Notes under the pieces: model-generated
Databases searched by the model: none
Told to the model about the DNA's origin: nothing
Seen by the model: only the letters and a program-made list of their open reading frames with translations
Position numbers and translations under genes: made by a program
Part shown: one piece after another, positions 15,146 through 27,994 of the stretch
Layout: every line of letters starts with the position of its first letter
Position numbering within the stretch: the first letter of the stretch is position 1
From: Octopus sinensis
Lineage: Eukaryota
Direction of reading: 5' to 3'
Length of the DNA: 64,000 nucleotides
Assembly (NCBI RefSeq): GCF_006345805.1
Contig: NC_043000.1
Coordinates: 31,992,001-32,056,000, forward strand

Positions 15146-15228
<83 letters not shown>

Positions 15229-15431
15229 CGTATGGATGTGTGCGTGCGTCTGCTCGTCTGTGTATGTGGTATGTGTAGTATATCTATCTATATATATATA
15301 TATATATATGCTTGTCTTCTGGGTATGTAAACTCGCGTGTGTGTATGACGAACAAACATGTACGAACACATATATATATATACGCATGCTCTCTCAAATA
15401 TACATACACATGCACACACACACACACACTC

Positions 15432-15488
<57 letters not shown>

Positions 15489-15517
15489 CGTCTTTTGTTT
15501 TTTTCGTTAATTCTCCC

Positions 15518-15553
<36 letters not shown>

Positions 15554-16891
15554 TGGGGATAAAAATGCAAAATAGTCCAATAATTCACGGATAGAACAAA
15601 ACTGTTTCCTCGTGCAAAGTTTAGCAAAGTTCTCAATAAAATATGTAAACTTCCAGTTTCAGAGCAATATTATTTTGATATTTTATAATAATGTATAATA
15701 TAATGTGATAATATTTAAAATATACTATGATGGTATTTCCTATTATCATTTTATTTTAAATCGTCATCAACCACCCCGATACAGCTGTTGTTCGGGGCAA
15801 TTTTCACTGCCCCCAGTCTCACAGGATCAACCTATTTAGTTTCGGACTTGTTAGCCACGTCAGCTTCTATGAGAAACAATGTGCTGGTGGCGGAGCAGGA
15901 TGAACGTCTTGGACTGACGCCGTCATCACCTTTGATGGGACGTTACAAGTAAAAATATAAATGTTACGTAAAGAAATAAAGACGTCCATACATATTTGCG
16001 TGTGGGTGGGGGTGATATCCCGCTGTGTATCTCGGTTTCTGTTTAGTTTAAATTGGTGAAGCTTCACTCTCAGACATGTTCGTTCAACATTTCAAACTCC
16101 CAATAAATAACTATAAATAGTTCTAGGGTAGTTTGATGTATGACAGACCAAACAGAGAATTGCATTTGTGGAGAACAAAGATTGGACAAAATATTCAGAA
16201 AGGAGTTAGATTACAAACCCCACATGGAGGTAACTAGTGATGATGTGGTCAGTTATAACCATCAGTAATAAAGTTCATGCTTAACAGGCAAGTTTATATG
16301 CCGTGAGGAGATTTCTCCGATGTCAGTTAAGTTCTTCGTGGGTTGTAATAATCAAATACGTTGGAAGAAGATGCGAGGGAGGAACGGAAAGGAGAGAGAA
16401 AATGTAAACATGAAAGGGAGGTAACCAAGCGAAAATGGCGTTAATAGCAATCAATGGACAGAATGGTAAAAAGGTGAAAGATAGCAATATGCCATGTAGA
16501 AGGGAAGAACAATTGGTAGAAGGTCAGTCATTATAGGTAAAAGTGTAGAGTGTATATTGGTGAATAACAGCCCCGGTGGACATGTGACATTAAACATGGC
16601 GCTAACGAGCCAATCGAAGCTTCAATTAAAGTTTGTAGCCTGTTGGTAAATAAACGTTCACCAATCAAGCCAGACGGACCAATGCTGTTTTTCATTTTTT
16701 TTAGTATACACTTAAGTGTGTGTAAACTTAGCATGTGTGTGCGCAAGCTTAGATTTGTGCGTGTGTCTGCATGTCTTTGTATGTTTGTGTGTGTGTGTGT
16801 GTGTGTTTGCACATGTATATGTATGTATATGTATATATGCATATATATCTGTACGTATATAGACAGATAGATATTGGTATGAACATATGTC

Positions 16892-16958
<67 letters not shown>

Positions 16959-17066
16959 GAATTAGGTACTTAAGTTGAGGCACCAGAAATTAGTACGGTA
17001 TTATCCATACAGTTTCAAAATAAGGTGATTAAAAATAAAATAAGCAACAGGATATATCCAGATGTA

Positions 17067-17154
17067 ATGCAGTACGATCGTTTCAAAAGGCTCCATTTCA
17101 TTGAACAATGTAACCATTACATCAATTTAAATGCAGGGCAATCCTCAGCTACAT
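17067..17154 (-). ncRNA. Type I hammerhead motif with extended, partly decayed stem II
   Basis: Minus strand: atgtag-CTGAGGA-...-GAAA-cgatcg-TA-ctgcat. 6-bp stem I, palindromic ACGATCGT stem III. The base of stem II pairs poorly. Confidence 0.65.
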
Positions 17155-17396
17155 AAATACATAGAATTAAATTAAAACGGATGGACACTTTACTTTAATT
17201 TTACCTAAAACCTCCAGGAAGGTAAGAAGATAGACAAAGAACATGCTGTCTTCACTTCCCAGGAAGAAAGACTTGTTAGAGATCCAGCTTATCACTGTTT
17301 CTTGGGGTCAGTTTTAATTTATAGTCTTTTTTATCAAATCTTTGTATATCAAAATGTAAGGCCAAGGAATAAGGAGCAGTATCTATTAGGAAAGGA

Positions 17397-17432
17397 GCTT
17401 CTGTAGAAGAGCGTAGGCTCGAAACGTAAAAG
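17397..17432 (+). ncRNA. Degenerate minimal hammerhead motif
   Basis: gctt-CTGTAGA-a-gagc(gtag)gctc-GAAA-cg-TA-aaag. A6 is mutated. The tail ends in (TA)n at 17521. Confidence 0.6.
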
Positions 17433-17517
17433 ACTTTTTCTATTCCTGAGCGTTATACTAATACATCTGTTTGTTTTGTACACCACCTGTCTTCGTCCAT
17501 TTTTTTTCGTAAACTCT

Positions 17518-17559
<42 letters not shown>

Positions 17560-17560
<1 letters not shown>

Positions 17561-17720
17561 GGACTTGAATGCCAGCAACTTTGAGAGGGGGAGATAAGTT
17601 GATTAAATCGATTTCGGTACTTGATTGGTACTTTGCTTTATCGATCCCGAAAGGGAGGAAAGACGAAGTTGATGTCGATGGGATTTGAACTCAGAATATA
17701 AAGAGCAATAAGAAATAGCG
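17560..17720 (-). mobile_element. tRNA-derived SINE copy (degenerate)
   Basis: Reverse complement of the 14233 family (ggatttgaactcagaa, ttggtact...tatcgatcccgaaagg). Confidence 0.6.
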
Positions 17721-17754
17721 CGAGACAGGCATAAAGACAGACAGGCAGATAGAC

Positions 17755-17825
<71 letters not shown>

Positions 17826-17899
17826 TGCATATATGTATAAATATATATAAGTATACGTGTATGTGTGTGGGGGGTCGTGATGGTCAAAAAATCGGATAA

Positions 17900-18259
17900 A
17901 TCGAAGGGCTACAAACCAGACAAATCCACGACATCAATGGCCTTTTGATCACCTTTGTTCTGGACAATGAAACCTTTCTGCTGATAGACGTGAGACTATT
18001 CTATAATGATATCGTCAATAAAGCTAAAATAATCAAGGATTACAACCAACTCACGGACAGACAGAAATCGCTGTATCTTTTCTCTTACGATAAATCAATA
18101 GCGTACAATACGTATTTAGTGGCCGTATTGTTAGCAGTGTTCGGAGGATTTGATTGGCCGCTCAAGGAAATCCGTTTCAATTACAGGAAGGTACTGACAA
18201 TCACTGACAGTTCCTACATCAAGAGTGACATGAAGAGAATTTATCTCAAAGGAAAATAA
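17900..18259 (+). pseudogene. Possible decayed RLE domain of a non-LTR retrotransposon
   Basis: A KPD in another frame precedes the ORF segment TFLLIDV...K...Y...VLLAVFGG.W. This loosely matches the PD..D..K..KY..V.G..G RLE pattern. Confidence 0.3.
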
Positions 18260-18353
18260 GGTTAAAGACGTTGTTTGAGATAAGTACGGATAGTTTTAGG
18301 ACTGACTATACTACTTAACATCAAAACACAAAGCAAACATAGATATCCACGTG

Positions 18354-18414
<61 letters not shown>

Positions 18415-18502
18415 CATATGTACATATAAAGCGTAGCTGTGTGATAAGAAAATTGCTTCAAAAATAACATGGTCCCAGGTTCAGTTCCACTGCGTGACTA
18501 CT

Positions 18503-18620
<118 letters not shown>

Positions 18621-19244
18621 GGATAGATAGATTTAATAGAGTTTAAATAATAAATTATACTTAAATAATTCGCGTTCCGTGAATGATAAAATTAAAATAA
18701 ACATGGGAACAGATCTTAAAGTCATGCGCGCCCTCACCATTTAAAAATAATCTAGTTCTATACGTGATACATAGCGAATAGTACCGTTACCCACATTAAA
18801 ATTACATAAAAATAAATTCTTGTTAAAATAATAATATATATATATATATATATATGATAACTCAAGCTATCAAAAAGTAAGACTTATGCATCCAAATGAA
18901 AAAAGAAATTGTAATAACAATAAAAATTGAAACTCGCACAATTAAATAAATAGAAGTTAAATAAGTATTTAGATTTGGATTCTTACAAATATATTTTTAT
19001 TTTTATTTTTTTAAATTCTTTTGACAAGTGCGTTGGGAGAAAAGTGGCAGCCAGCCTCTAAAAGACCGATCTAAATTTCATTAAGGGTGAATAGTAATAT
19101 GACCTTGCTTTTCAAGACCGTAAATAGCCATTGTCCACTATGGCCGTAGTTTAACCTCCAAGGACACACATGCTGACACGCACAAACACACATACACATG
19201 CTGCTATTCAGTACGTAAGGAGCTATATATATGTATATATATAT

Positions 19245-19329
<85 letters not shown>

Positions 19330-19527
19330 GGTGTCATTGAGACCCAAATGTGTTAGGTAATGCTGAATAAGTGCTATAGACAGACCATAGTTAAGATCCA
19401 GATTCGGTAATCTTGCAAATAAAGGGTTCAACTTTGGTTCTATGTCAGCGTGTGTATTTATGAATTTTTTGCGTAATGAGATAAAAGACCAAGGCTGTAT
19501 AGATATTAGAGCATTTATAGATAGAAG

Positions 19528-19579
19528 GTCTTACAGCTGTTTCTAGAGTATTAATTAATAATATTCCTTCATCGGAGAC
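19528..19579 (-). ncRNA. Type I hammerhead motif (U4C variant)
   Basis: Minus strand: gtct-CCGATGA-aggaatatt...aatactcta-GAAA-cagctg-TA-agac. Same family as 61108-61155. Confidence 0.75.
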
Positions 19580-19690
19580 GGTGTGAGAGGAAAAATTAAG
19601 TCATAGTTAGTTTCGATGTGATACAAATAGAGAGTGAGGTGGGGAAAGAAAATAGATGTAATATATGTATGGTTATTGAGTTCATAAATC

Positions 19691-19738
<48 letters not shown>

Positions 19739-19789
19739 CCACTTAGGCACAAGTGTGGTTGTGTGTGGTAAGCTGTGATAGTAAAACAG

Positions 19790-20775
19790 GTAAAACACAA
19801 GACAAATCAAACAGAATCTCGGAACTGCGAAACAGATAGAAAAGTAAGGCACTACATGGCAAATAACCTACAAGGGGTCAGCGTTCCTTGTGTTGATGCA
19901 GGCATCAACGGTTGGCTGCATATGAACTTAAATCAGAATCAGAAGGATTCATTATACCAGTCCAGGATCAGGGACTACCACCAGAAACTACCAAAGAAGC
20001 ATTCTTAAAAATAGTTGCTGATCCCACCTGCAGCTTTTGTGGTACAACCAAAGAAATCATTCACAATCTTTGAATGTTCTATGTTAGCCTGAAAGGAATA
20101 TGTTATTTGCCGTGGTAGTAATGGAACTGGGTCATACACCTTATGTTTGAACTCCCATACAAGAAGAACTGGTGTAAACACAAGCCTACCAAAGCAGTAG
20201 AAAATAAGATAGGGATCGCTCTTTAGGACTTTAGTATCCAAACTGATCATACTATACAAACCAATAGACGAGATATTGTGGTACAATTTGACGGTGAGAA
20301 AAACATGTCTGCTCATAGATATGTCAATCCCAGCAGATTGCAATACTTCTGTAAAAACAACTGAAAAGTTAAGTAAATATAAAGACCCTGAATTAGAGTT
20401 CTCAAAAATGTGACAACACCATCTCTATCTGTGATCATCGGTGCTTTTGGATCTATACCAAAATGTGCTCTTAAATACTATGGCCTAATACTAGAACATC
20501 AATAAGTATCAGAACTACAAAAAAGTTCTTCCTATGGGTATTGTCCACATCCCAAGTAAAACATTGTCAATCTGAAAATACCTGATTCTTTTAAAACTCT
20601 TTCAAAACTGAAATATTACAAATTCGATAGAATCTTAATTCTCGGAATCTAATCTTCCCCTACAACATATCATTGCTAATCATAACACCCATATTAAAAC
20701 ATCCAACTTGCTGTTACTTGAGGTCTCTGGGTGAGGCTTGGAACAGGTTGTATAAGACAAAGAAAGAACAAACGT
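19790..20775 (+). mobile_element. 5'-truncated R4/Dong-like non-LTR retrotransposon (CCHC + RLE remnant, 3' UTR)
   Basis: Frameshifted translation gives GWL..LKSESEGFI..QDQ, CSFCG...C and TCLLIDMSIPADCNTSVKTTEKLSKYKD, i.e. the R4-clade C-terminus. Confidence 0.75.
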
Positions 20776-20799
20776 AAATAATAACTGATATTAATGATA

Positions 20800-21270
20800 A
20801 TATTAGTATGGTGGCGCAAAAGGAGTATAAACACGGATATAACTGTGCATGTAAAAGAAAGCTTGGGAATTTTAATCGAGAATGTGGCTTCAATATAACA
20901 GAAAAGTGGCATGAACACGAACCAGATACTGTAATAGAAAATAAGAATTACGGCATCTTATGGCACTTTCCCATAAAAACTGACCATACTGTTAAAGCAA
21001 GAAGACCAGATATGATTATAGAGTTTATATAAGAAATGTTTTGTCATAACTTTTGCAGTAATAGCAGAGCCGATACCAAAGAATTCTTTTTTTTTTAAAT
21101 GAGAAAAACCAGGATATCGCCAGAATACTGAGGAGAATTATTCCTGTTGTAATTGGTGCCCTTGGTACAACACTCAAAATGCTGCCCAAAAGACTGAAAA
21201 AAGATTGGAATTGAAACTTGCATTTTCGACCGGCAGAAAAGTACCATAATATATTCTAAAAGAATTCTTT
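20800..21270 (+). mobile_element. R4/Dong-like RLE fragment
   Basis: AQKEYK-H...KWHEHEPDTVIENKNYGILWHFPIKTDHTVKARRPDMII followed by IPVVIGALG. Confidence 0.8.
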
Positions 21271-21361
21271 GGTATTTTCCAGTATGTACAGACCGGACCA
21301 TCAAAGCAAATAAACCAGATATTGTTGTGAAAGACCGAAACAATGAAATCTGAGAACATTC

Positions 21362-24300
21362 TTAAATCTTTAAAAATGTTTCAGCCCGAAAGCTGCGGCC
21401 ATGCTGGGGCACCACCGTTGAATGAGCTACACTAGTATGTGAAACCACCTCTGATACGTGGCACTTGGTCAACAAGGGAGTTCGACGCCGCTGCCCGCAT
21501 CTGTTTTTCCTGCCGAGAGGTAGGTTCATCTGGAACCCCTGACAAGAAGAGATCCAGTTTAGTTTTAAAGAAATCCACATGCACACCATGCAGGCCTTTC
21601 AGCCATTTAGGAAGGATATTGAAGAGCTGTGGTCCCCTGAAACCCAAGCTGTTGCAGTATCTGGTCCTGTATTTTGATGGTGATGTTGGGATCTTTGGCA
21701 CCATACAGTGGCGCCCCATTCTGCTGTTGGGGTAACTTTCAATGCCAAAATTCGGGACAAGACCCTCCAGGATTTTCCAGATGTATATCACTACATATCT
21801 CTCCCGCCTTTGCTCCAGGGAGAAGAGTTTTAATACTTTCAGTCTTTCCCAGTAGCTGATATGTTTGCATTGAGACGATCTTCTTAGTGTAGCTTCGTTG
21901 GATTGCTTCGAGTTCTGCTGTTAACTTTATATTGTGTGGTGACCATAGTTGGGAGCAGTAGTCCAAGCGGCTGAGGACGAATGTCTTCCAAAGGACCATC
22001 AGTGTCTCCTTCTCTCCTGTTCTGAAAGTTCGGAGGATCTATCCAGCTAGCCGTCTGCATTTTATTACCAAATTGGCGATATGCACTTGGAAAGATGCAT
22101 CATTGCTCATGTCAATGCCCAGGTCACGCACTGATTTTGACTCAGGAATTGCAATTCTTCCCGGGCCAGTGTATCCGGTCCGCATGTCGTTCACCTTTGT
22201 ATGCTGGTAGCGCAGGGCTTGGAACTTCCCTGTATTAAACTGCATGTTGTTATCCTCAGCCCATCTGTATATTGTATTCAACTCCCGTTTCAGATGTGCA
22301 ATATTTCCAGGGTTTTGTATTGTCTGAGAGACTTTTGTGTCATCTACATAGCTAACAAGGGTGGCCATATTAGCAAATGAGGGCATGTTTGAAAGGGCCA
22401 CTATGAACAGCAGTGGCACCAAGACAGTGCCCTGTGGAACACCACTTGTTATTTGTGTTTCCTTGGAGGTAGCTCCATTGGCCGCCACTGCCTGCCTTCT
22501 ATCTGTTAGGAAGTTGTGCAGCCACTCTCCAAGTTTTCCGCCTATGCCGAGATCACGTAGTTTGTGACAGATCATACCATGGTCGACTTTATCATAGGCT
22601 TTTGCAAAGTCGAGATATATCACATCCATACTTGAACCATTTAGTAGCTGTTTTAACACCTAGTCATAGTGTTGCAGGAGCTGTGTTAGGCAGCTTCTAC
22701 CTGGTTGAAATCCATGTTGGGTGTCAGTCAGCAAGTCATTTTCTTCAAGGAACATGATTAGTTTCTTACGGACCATTCGTTCCATGACTTTGCTGATGTG
22801 TGAGGTCAGAGAGATAGGCCTATAATTGTTAGCATCTGATCTGCTTCCTCCCTTATGGAGAAGGCATATTATCCCTTCTTTCACTTTGACTGGGAGCTTA
22901 CCACTTGCAAGAAATCTCTGAAAAAGAAGCTGTAGCGGTTTTGCAATGGCTCGTTTGCACGATTTGAGAAGGATCGCTGGAAATCCATCAGGTCCAGCAG
23001 CTGAGTTTGTGTCAATCTCATCTATGGCCAGTGTGATATCATCATCTTCAATGTTGATGTACTCAATTTTTGCCTCTTTGGCTACAGGTAAAGTGGCAAA
23101 GAATTCTTTTGCTTTGTTTACTTGCCTGTGACCTAGAGGTGTAGTGAACACACTTTGGAATTGTTCGTTCAGTATTTCACTTATCCTCATGGGATTTCCT
23201 GTGAGGGAACAATCTTTTTGGAAGAGAGGTCCTATCCTCTGGCGCACTGTGGCCGTCTCTTTGGCAAACTTAAAGAAGGCTTTAGGGTTTGACTTGATAT
23301 TTTCTATAACCCAAGCTTCTTTATCTGTTCTCTCCTTTTCATGAGACTGATGCAGACTTTTCTCAATTTCCATTAGCACTCTCTCGAGGTGAGACTTCTC
23401 ACCACTTTTGGTGTGCTTGCTCAGGCGGTTCGCAATCCTTGTCCGTCGTCTCATAAGAATCTTCCTTTCCCTAGGGATCCTGTTTTTGTGTGTACACTGG
23501 GACATATTTGTCACATATGGCTTGTATATGGACATGAAACGTTTGTGTTTCATGTCAATGTCTGGTGTAGAAAGACATTTAGGCCAAACCTGTTTGAGGA
23601 TCTCTTTCTCAATCAACTTCCAATTTGCTTTATGAAAGTTTAGTTTGGAGGGATTGTGGATGCTTCGTATAGGCTGAGCGTCTGCGGGGGCTTTTGGTCC
23701 ATACATAGACAGCTCTATTATGTTGTGATCCGAGACCAATGTCGGGATCACTTTAACATTATGGATAATGTCCATATTGTTTGTGAAGCAGAGATCCAGT
23801 ATATTATTTGCCCTGGCTGGTTGCAGCACAATTTTCTCCATGAAAGAGCCATTTGTGTGGTGGAGCAGGAACTCTGCCTGTGCTTGCTGATGGTGTGTCA
23901 TCCCTGGGAGCATCTGCCCCCCCCCCCCCCAGGCCATTCCACATTGGGGACGTTAAAGTCACCCATGAAGAACACACTGTTGTGTTGTTCCAGTTTGATG
24001 AGAACTTCTATTTTTGTTAGTCAGTTTTCAAACATGCCTGTGTGATTTGCGGCATCCGGTGGGCGATATGTAGTACATATGACGATATTCAGTTGTCTTA
24101 TATGTACAATTGGAGTGTCACACACTGAGTTTGAATATGACAACAGGACCTGGGGCGTGAGGTCATCTCGGATGTACACTGTAACTCCACCATGACTCCT
24201 CTCTTTTTTGTATCTGAGCGTATGACAACATATTACGGTATGTTTATTTCTGCATCTCCTATATCAGGTCCAAGATGTGTTTCTATGGGTGCCATGCATA

Positions 24301-25106
24301 GAGCTTGATTGCATAACGCAAGGTCTCTCAGGTATGAGATTTTCCTTTTACAGTTGCCGCGCAACAGCCCTCCTACATTCAGTAGAAATATTTTTGTGAT
24401 GTGTGTGTTGGTGTTTGTGGTGGCCATCCTGCATCTGTTGGTGGTGGCCTTATGTGGCGGTAGGTATAGTTCCAGCTTTGTGTTTGTAGCCAGGTCAGCT
24501 GCTGGACAATTTTTTGTGCCATGCACAAAAAAGATTGCTGTTCAGCTGCTGTCCTTCTCACATCTGGGTGAAGCTGGCCATTTGTTGGGCCATGCAGTAT
24601 CCTTTTTGGACCGCGTACTACATCCACAAGGGTAGTCAGTGCGCCATTTTTCCTTCTTCGGTATCTTGCTTTTTCCTTTTGTCCTCCTCGTGGGAGGGAT
24701 TGTTGTCTTGGGCCCGTTGCAGTTTTGGCAGGACTTCTGATGTGCAAAACGACAGTTTGCACCATCGTCGCCATGCCAGCAGTTTCCTCTGCAGGTAAAA
24801 TTTGCAGATACTCCTGATTTTGTCCTTGAAACTTCTGTAGCTCTTGTTGGGGGTCTTCTGTTTTTTCTGAACGTGTTGTGCTCTTTTTCTTTTTCTTTTC
24901 TTTTACCTCTTGCTTTTCATTGCCTTCGGCAGCTTTTGTTCTGTCGGTTTTAAGGTGCGTTCCTTTTTGGGGCCATCACACCTCTTTAGTCTTCAGGTGT
25001 GTTGGGGGCTGGACACGCGCCATTGTTACCCTTTGTTGCAGGTCTCTCAGTTTTGTTTTTGGCTTTGCTCTTCTGAGGGACTGTTGGGTCCTGGATGCTT
25101 TCTCCA
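21362..25106 (-). mobile_element. Near full-length decayed CR1-like LINE (ORF1 remnant, APE, RT)
   Basis: APE motifs LNVGGL, IETHL, YRPP, GDFN, ILDLCFTN and SDHN. RT motifs NYRPISLTS, QHGF.PGRSCLTQLL, YLDFAKAYDKVDH, GVPQGTVL.PLLF and YVDDTK. C-terminal SRLDYCSQLWSP. Multiple stops and frameshifts. Confidence 0.92.
22039..23937 (-). pseudogene. LINE ORF2 reverse transcriptase region (broken into 425 aa + 206 aa pieces)
   Basis: ORFs 22660..23937 and 22039..22659 are in frame, separated by a single TAG. Confidence 0.92.
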
Positions 25107-25535
25107 TATAAAGATTTTCTTATTGAAATCGAGAAAATATGGCCTCTCAACACGGTCACAATACCAGTGATTGTAGGAGGAGTTAGAATGATCAAAAAAG
25201 GAACTGAAAATTATTTAAGAATGATCCTTGGCTTACCATCCATGCAAGAAGTGCAAAAAATTGTTTTAACTGGCATGTGACACGTATTGACAAGAGTATT
25301 GTCACTGTGAATTTTCGTTCCTTTTCCCCTTTATTTCCCATTTGTTTTCATTTTTCTTCTTTCCTTCATTCTTTGTTCTCTCTTTCTCTTTCTTCCTCTT
25401 TTTTCCTATCACATGGCATTGTAAATGAACAATCTGGCGAGTTTATTTTAATGGCCTATCAATGTATACGGAGAGTTTCTTTGCCATAAATGTCTGGAAC
25501 ACTCGGCAAGAAATGGTAACAAAATTGAAAGAAGA

Positions 25536-25536
<1 letters not shown>

Positions 25537-25566
<30 letters not shown>

Positions 25567-25724
25567 AAGAAGAAGAAGAAGAAGAAGAAGAAGAAGAAGA
25601 AGAAGAAAGAAGAAGAAGAAGAGAAGAAGAAGAAGAAGAAGGAAGAAGAAGAAGAAGAAGAAGAAGAAGAAGAAGAAGAAGAAGAAGAAGAAGAAGAAGA
25701 AGAAGAAGAAGAAGAAGAAGAAGA
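25537..25724. repeat. (GAA)n microsatellite
   Basis: Read directly. A (GAA)/(GGA) tract also lies at 35627-35787. Confidence 0.97.
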
Positions 25725-25729
25725 ATTAT

Positions 25730-25875
25730 CTTCGAAAGAGTGCTGGATTCGGAGAAATGCAAAATTTTATAGGATTTTCTTTTTCAAACGAATAAGAAGC
25801 TAGAAAATAATAAACCACACATAACAATAATAGGGAAAGCAAGGTTGCTTACTAATTGATCCATCACATTCGTTT
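25730..25875 (+). mobile_element. Short R4/Dong-like RLE fragment
   Basis: ERVLDSEKCKIL*DF..QTNKKLENNKPHITI...LLIDPS. Homologous to the minus-strand copy at 46330-46475. Confidence 0.6.
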
Positions 25876-26615
25876 GATGAGGAAAATAAATGCTGCTAAT
25901 AGCTGTGCGTATCAATACTTGTTGTGATAAAATATATTGATATAAGTTTCCTGTGAAAACTTCCACGAAATTCATTCTTAACAAAGAAGATATTGTTTCC
26001 TAGGGCAGAAATACTTGTATGATGTTGTAACAATCAATTTCCAAGCTAAAAGGAACGTCAAATCAAACTTCAGCGAAAAAGACAGTATATGCGCTCAAAT
26101 GAAACAGAACTGTCAGCTAATGTATTTGGTTATAGGTTTTAGTTCATCATCACTATCACTAACGCATCTGACCATGTTGCAGTGTTTTCATATTAAATTT
26201 GAGAAACAGATGTGTTTTGCGGAAGAGTAGAAAAACAGTTTATACAGATAGCACAATAGGCGGGCATTTTTAACTTCTGTTTGTTTGTAAACATACAAGG
26301 CTAGAACGATATATTACCTAAACATTATCAATATATCCTTCTTACTCTCAGCTCTCAATCATTAAAGAATATTCTAAGAAGTTTAATGCCAACGTAGGTT
26401 AAAATTATCTGCCTATGCAATCAATATCTAATTAACACAAACTGCCTTCTCGTTTATTAAAATGACAATTATAAGACATATTTTGTGTTTCTAAAACGTG
26501 AAACTAAGGCTTCAACAAGATACACACATAAATACATTCAAACATAAACACGACACAACTATATATACATATATATAACAAAGTGGAGTTGTAAGGTACC
26601 GCACGAGTGGAATTA

Positions 26616-26985
26616 TATATGAAAGAAGGTTTGAAAATGCAATTTTAAAAGATGTTTATTTACTTGACCGGTTTCACTATTTTTAGAAAAATATTGTCAA
26701 AAGTAACATGTAAAAGCTTTGTTGTGTTAGGTAGTGGTTGTCACAAAATATTACAAAATCTTGGGAAAATATATTTTCCCAAGATTTTTCCTTGTAAACT
26801 GTTTTTAACATGTCCTTATTATTATTATCAAAGAATGTATATATGTATTGTAATATTTTGTGACAACTAGTACCTAACACAACAAAACTTTTACATTTTA
26901 CTTTTGACAATCTTTTTTCTAAAAAAGTGAAACTGGTCAAGTAAATAAACATCTTTTAAAATTGCACTTTCAGACCTTTCATATA
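26616..26985. repeat. Fold-back inverted repeat (26616-26756 / 26848-26985) with a degenerate hammerhead in each arm
   Basis: The arms are reverse complements. ttactt-TTGACAA-...-GAAA-c(c/t)gg-TC-aagtaa occurs at 26898-26944 (+) and 26660-26706 (-). Confidence 0.85.
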
Positions 26986-27109
26986 CACGTGTGTGTGTAT
27001 GTATGTATGCATGCATGCATGTATGTATGTATGTATGTATGTATGTATGTATGTATGTATGTATGTATGTATGTATGTATGCATGTATGCATGTATGTAT
27101 GTATGTATT

Positions 27110-27462
27110 CACAATTTAAGTTAGTTGAAATATGTTTGTCCCATATTTCAACTGCTAAAGACAAATACACTGCAATTACCGTGGAGGGAAAAGTCTGTCT
27201 TATTACAAAAAGGTGTAAAAAACCCCCGTTCGTTCAGTGTCACCATCAGTTAGGAAATCCAGACATCATTGCTACGAGTTTTTTGACTCTTGTCAATGAG
27301 ATGTACCTAAGAGAGGCAACTCTGAACGATCTTAATAAACCCTTAGCTTTATGTAGAATCCGGTTACGTTCACTGATTTGCACGAGTAGATCGCCCGACC
27401 GAAGTAAATAACGAAGTGTCAGCGCGAAGCAGAATTAAGCACTGCTTCGCGCCGACACTTCG

Positions 27463-27512
<50 letters not shown>

Positions 27513-27590
27513 ATATATATATTTAAAACGAAGTGTCGGCGCGAAGCAGTGCGTAAGTATGAGCAGAATTAGGTAAGTTGAATTATAAAA
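27110..27590 (+). repeat. Dispersed repeat family with terminal hairpin and palindrome around (TA)n; inverted homolog at 56130-56425
   Basis: agttgaaatatg...catatttcaact hairpin. 27115-27328 is approximately the reverse complement of 56209-56425. 27439-27552 is a near-perfect palindrome. Confidence 0.75.
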
Positions 27591-27799
27591 TATTTGTGTA
27601 TATATATATAATATATATACAAATATCTTATAATTATAAACATAATTATAATTAGGGTTCAGCTAATTGCTTCACCCCATACCGAATTTAGAAATAGGAA
27701 TTAAAAATCTTTTTCTGCTATTATAAGAATCTCCATGACGGTAAAATACTTTTTTACGAAGGTAAAGAGAAAAACAATGAATCAACACGACCAGGATTA

Positions 27800-27862
27800 A
27801 CTATATACGCGTTTCGAGATTAAAGTGATTTAAATTTTACTTACTTCTCTCTTCAGTATAAT
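27800..27862 (-). ncRNA. Intact type I hammerhead ribozyme motif
   Basis: Minus strand: attata-CTGAAGA-gaga...tctc-GAAA-cgcg-TA-tatagt. Palindromic ACGCGT stem III, GUA site. Confidence 0.85.
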
Positions 27863-27994
27863 ATTTCCAATTATAAAATTTGAAAGTACTAGGGCTAAAT
27901 ATGCACACAATCGAGCGACATCATGTAACGGATATCCAACCAACACTTCCAAAATTTACAGAGCCGAATGTGAATACACTATTCAAACTCTATA

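Larger units (their letters stand above)
21270..25530 (+). mobile_element. R4/Dong-like RLE fragment split by the CR1-like LINE (21270-21352 and 25107-25530)
   Basis: The left piece reads DRTIKANKPDIVVKDRNN. The right piece reads YKDFLIEIEKIW...IPVIVGG...EVQKIVLTG, then a 3' UTR ending in (GAA)n. Confidence 0.7.
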
